A stretch of 64,000 bases of DNA from the NCBI GenBank assembly GCA_964016885.1, contig OZ024740.1:437782001-437846000 (forward strand), given 5' to 3'. Positions 62,301 to 64,000 of this stretch are shown in pieces. The stretch is from Eledone cirrhosa. Lineage: Eukaryota. The notes beneath the pieces are model-generated. The model was not told the origin of the DNA, searched no databases, and was given only the letters and a program-made list of their open reading frames with translations. Within the stretch, counting starts at the first letter, position 1; the number at the start of each line of letters is the position of its first letter. The position numbers and the translations under genes are program-made.

Positions 62301-64000
62301 TATAGACCTTGTTATGTTACTAATATAGACTTTGTTATGTTACTAATATAGACTTTGTTATGTTACTAATGTAGACTTTGTTATGTTACTAATGTAGACT
62401 TTGTCATGTTACTAATGTAGACTGATGTTACTAATATAGACTGTGTCATGTTACTAATATAGACTGTGTCATGTTACTAATATAGATTGTGTCCTGTTAC
62501 TAATATAGACTTTGTTGTGTTACTAATATAGACTTTGTTATGTTACTAATATAGACTTTGTCATGTTACTAATATAGACTGATGTTACTAATATAGACTG
62601 TGTCATGTTACTAATATAGACTGTGTCATGTTACTAATATTGACTTTGTCATGTTACTAATATAGACTTTGTCATGTTACTAATATAGACTTTGTCATGT
62701 TACTAATATAGACTTTGTCATGTTACTAATATAGACTTTGTCATGTTACTAATATAGACTTTGTCATGTTACTAATATAGACTTTGTCATGTTACTAATA
62801 TTGACTTTGTCATGTTACTAATATAGACTTTGTCATATTACTAATATAGACTTTGTCATGTTACTAATATTGACTTTGTCATGTTACTAATATAGACTTT
62901 GTCATGCTACTAATATTGACTTTGTCATGTTACTAATATAGACTTTGTCATGTTACTAATATAGACTTTGTTATATTACTAATATAGACTTTGTCATGCT
63001 ACTAATATAGACTGTGTCATGTTACTAATATAGACTTTGTCATTCTACTAATATTGACTTTGTCGTGTTACTAATATAGACTGTCATGTTACTAATATAG
63101 ACTTTGTCATGTTACTAATATAGACTTTGTCATGTTACTAATATAGACTTTGTCATGTTACTAATATAGACTTTGTCATGTTACTAATATAGACTTTGTT
63201 ATGTTACTAATATAGACTTTGTTATGTTACTAATATAGACTTTGTTATGTTACTAATATAGACTTTGTTATGTTACTAATATAGACCTTGTTATGTTACT
63301 AATATAGACTTTGTTATGTTACTAATATAGACTTTGTTATGTTACTAATGTAGACTTTGTTATGTTACTAATGTAGACTTTGTCATGTTACTAATGTAGA
63401 CTGATGTTACTAATATAGACTGTGTCATGTTACTAATATAGACTGTGTCATGTTACTAATATAGATTGTGTCCTGTTACTAATATAGACTTTGTTGTGTT
63501 ACTAATATAGACTTTGTTATGTTACTAATATAGACTTTGTCATGTTACTAATATAGACTGATGTTACTAATATAGACTGTGTTATGTTACTAATATAGAC
63601 TGTGTCATGTTACTAATATTGACTTTGTCATGTTACTAATATAGACTTTGTCATGTTACTAATATAGACTTTGTCATGTTACTAATATAGACTTTGTCAT
63701 GTTACTAATATAGACTTTGTCATGTTACTAATATTGACTTTGTCATGTTACTAATATTGACTTTGTCATGTTACTAATATAGACTTTGTCATGCTACTAA
63801 TATAGACTTTGTCATGTTACTAATATAGACTTTGTCATGTTACTAATATAGACTTTGTCATGTTACTAATATAGACTTTGTCATGTTACTAATATAGACT
63901 TTGTCATGTTACTAATATAGACTTTGTCATGTTACTAATATAGACTTTGTCATGTTACTAATATTGACTTTGTCATGTTACTAATATTGACTTTGTCATG
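44298..64000. repeat. 23-bp satellite DNA array (>19.7 kb, roughly 860 monomers, continues past the window end)
   Basis: Consensus AGACTTTGTCATGTTACTAATAT with 21- and 19-bp deletion variants and recurrent substitutions. No spacers and no ORF of 60 aa or more. Confidence 0.99.

Noticed and set aside
44298-64000. CRISPR array (23-bp repeat)
   Set aside because: Monomers are head-to-tail with no unique spacers, there are no cas genes, and the context is eukaryotic.

Overview
Eukaryotic, AT-rich, repeat-dense DNA. It is most likely from an octopus or other coleoid cephalopod; this is inferred from the RTE LINE and tRNA-SINE families, not proven. Bases 1-44.3 kb are a mosaic of truncated retrotransposons (several RTE-clade LINE families with (GAT)n tails, CR1 LINEs with (ATT)n tails, one R4/Dong-like tip, Penelope-like remnants with hammerhead-ribozyme motifs, two SINE families, a probable solo LTR), DNA-transposon relics (piggyBac, Tc1/mariner, hAT, MITEs) and micro/minisatellites. 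Most ORFs in the supplied track are TE fragments or their antisense shadows. Two host-like coding signals exist. One is an intronless ankyrin-repeat ORF (933-1427, +). The other is a minus-strand multi-exon gene reconstructed by hand: six GT-AG exons from 30489 to 16360 whose phases chain into about 225 stop-free codons of unrecognised family, plus further candidate exons. Bases ~44.3-64 kb are one 23-bp satellite array (AGACTTTGTCATGTTACTAATAT, roughly 860 copies, running off the window end). It begins at the C-terminal coding end of an RTE LINE and shows higher-order periods of 5242, 5022, 979 and 638 bp. There is no CRISPR array, rRNA or true tRNA. TE boundaries are approximate and all calls were made by eye without database searches.
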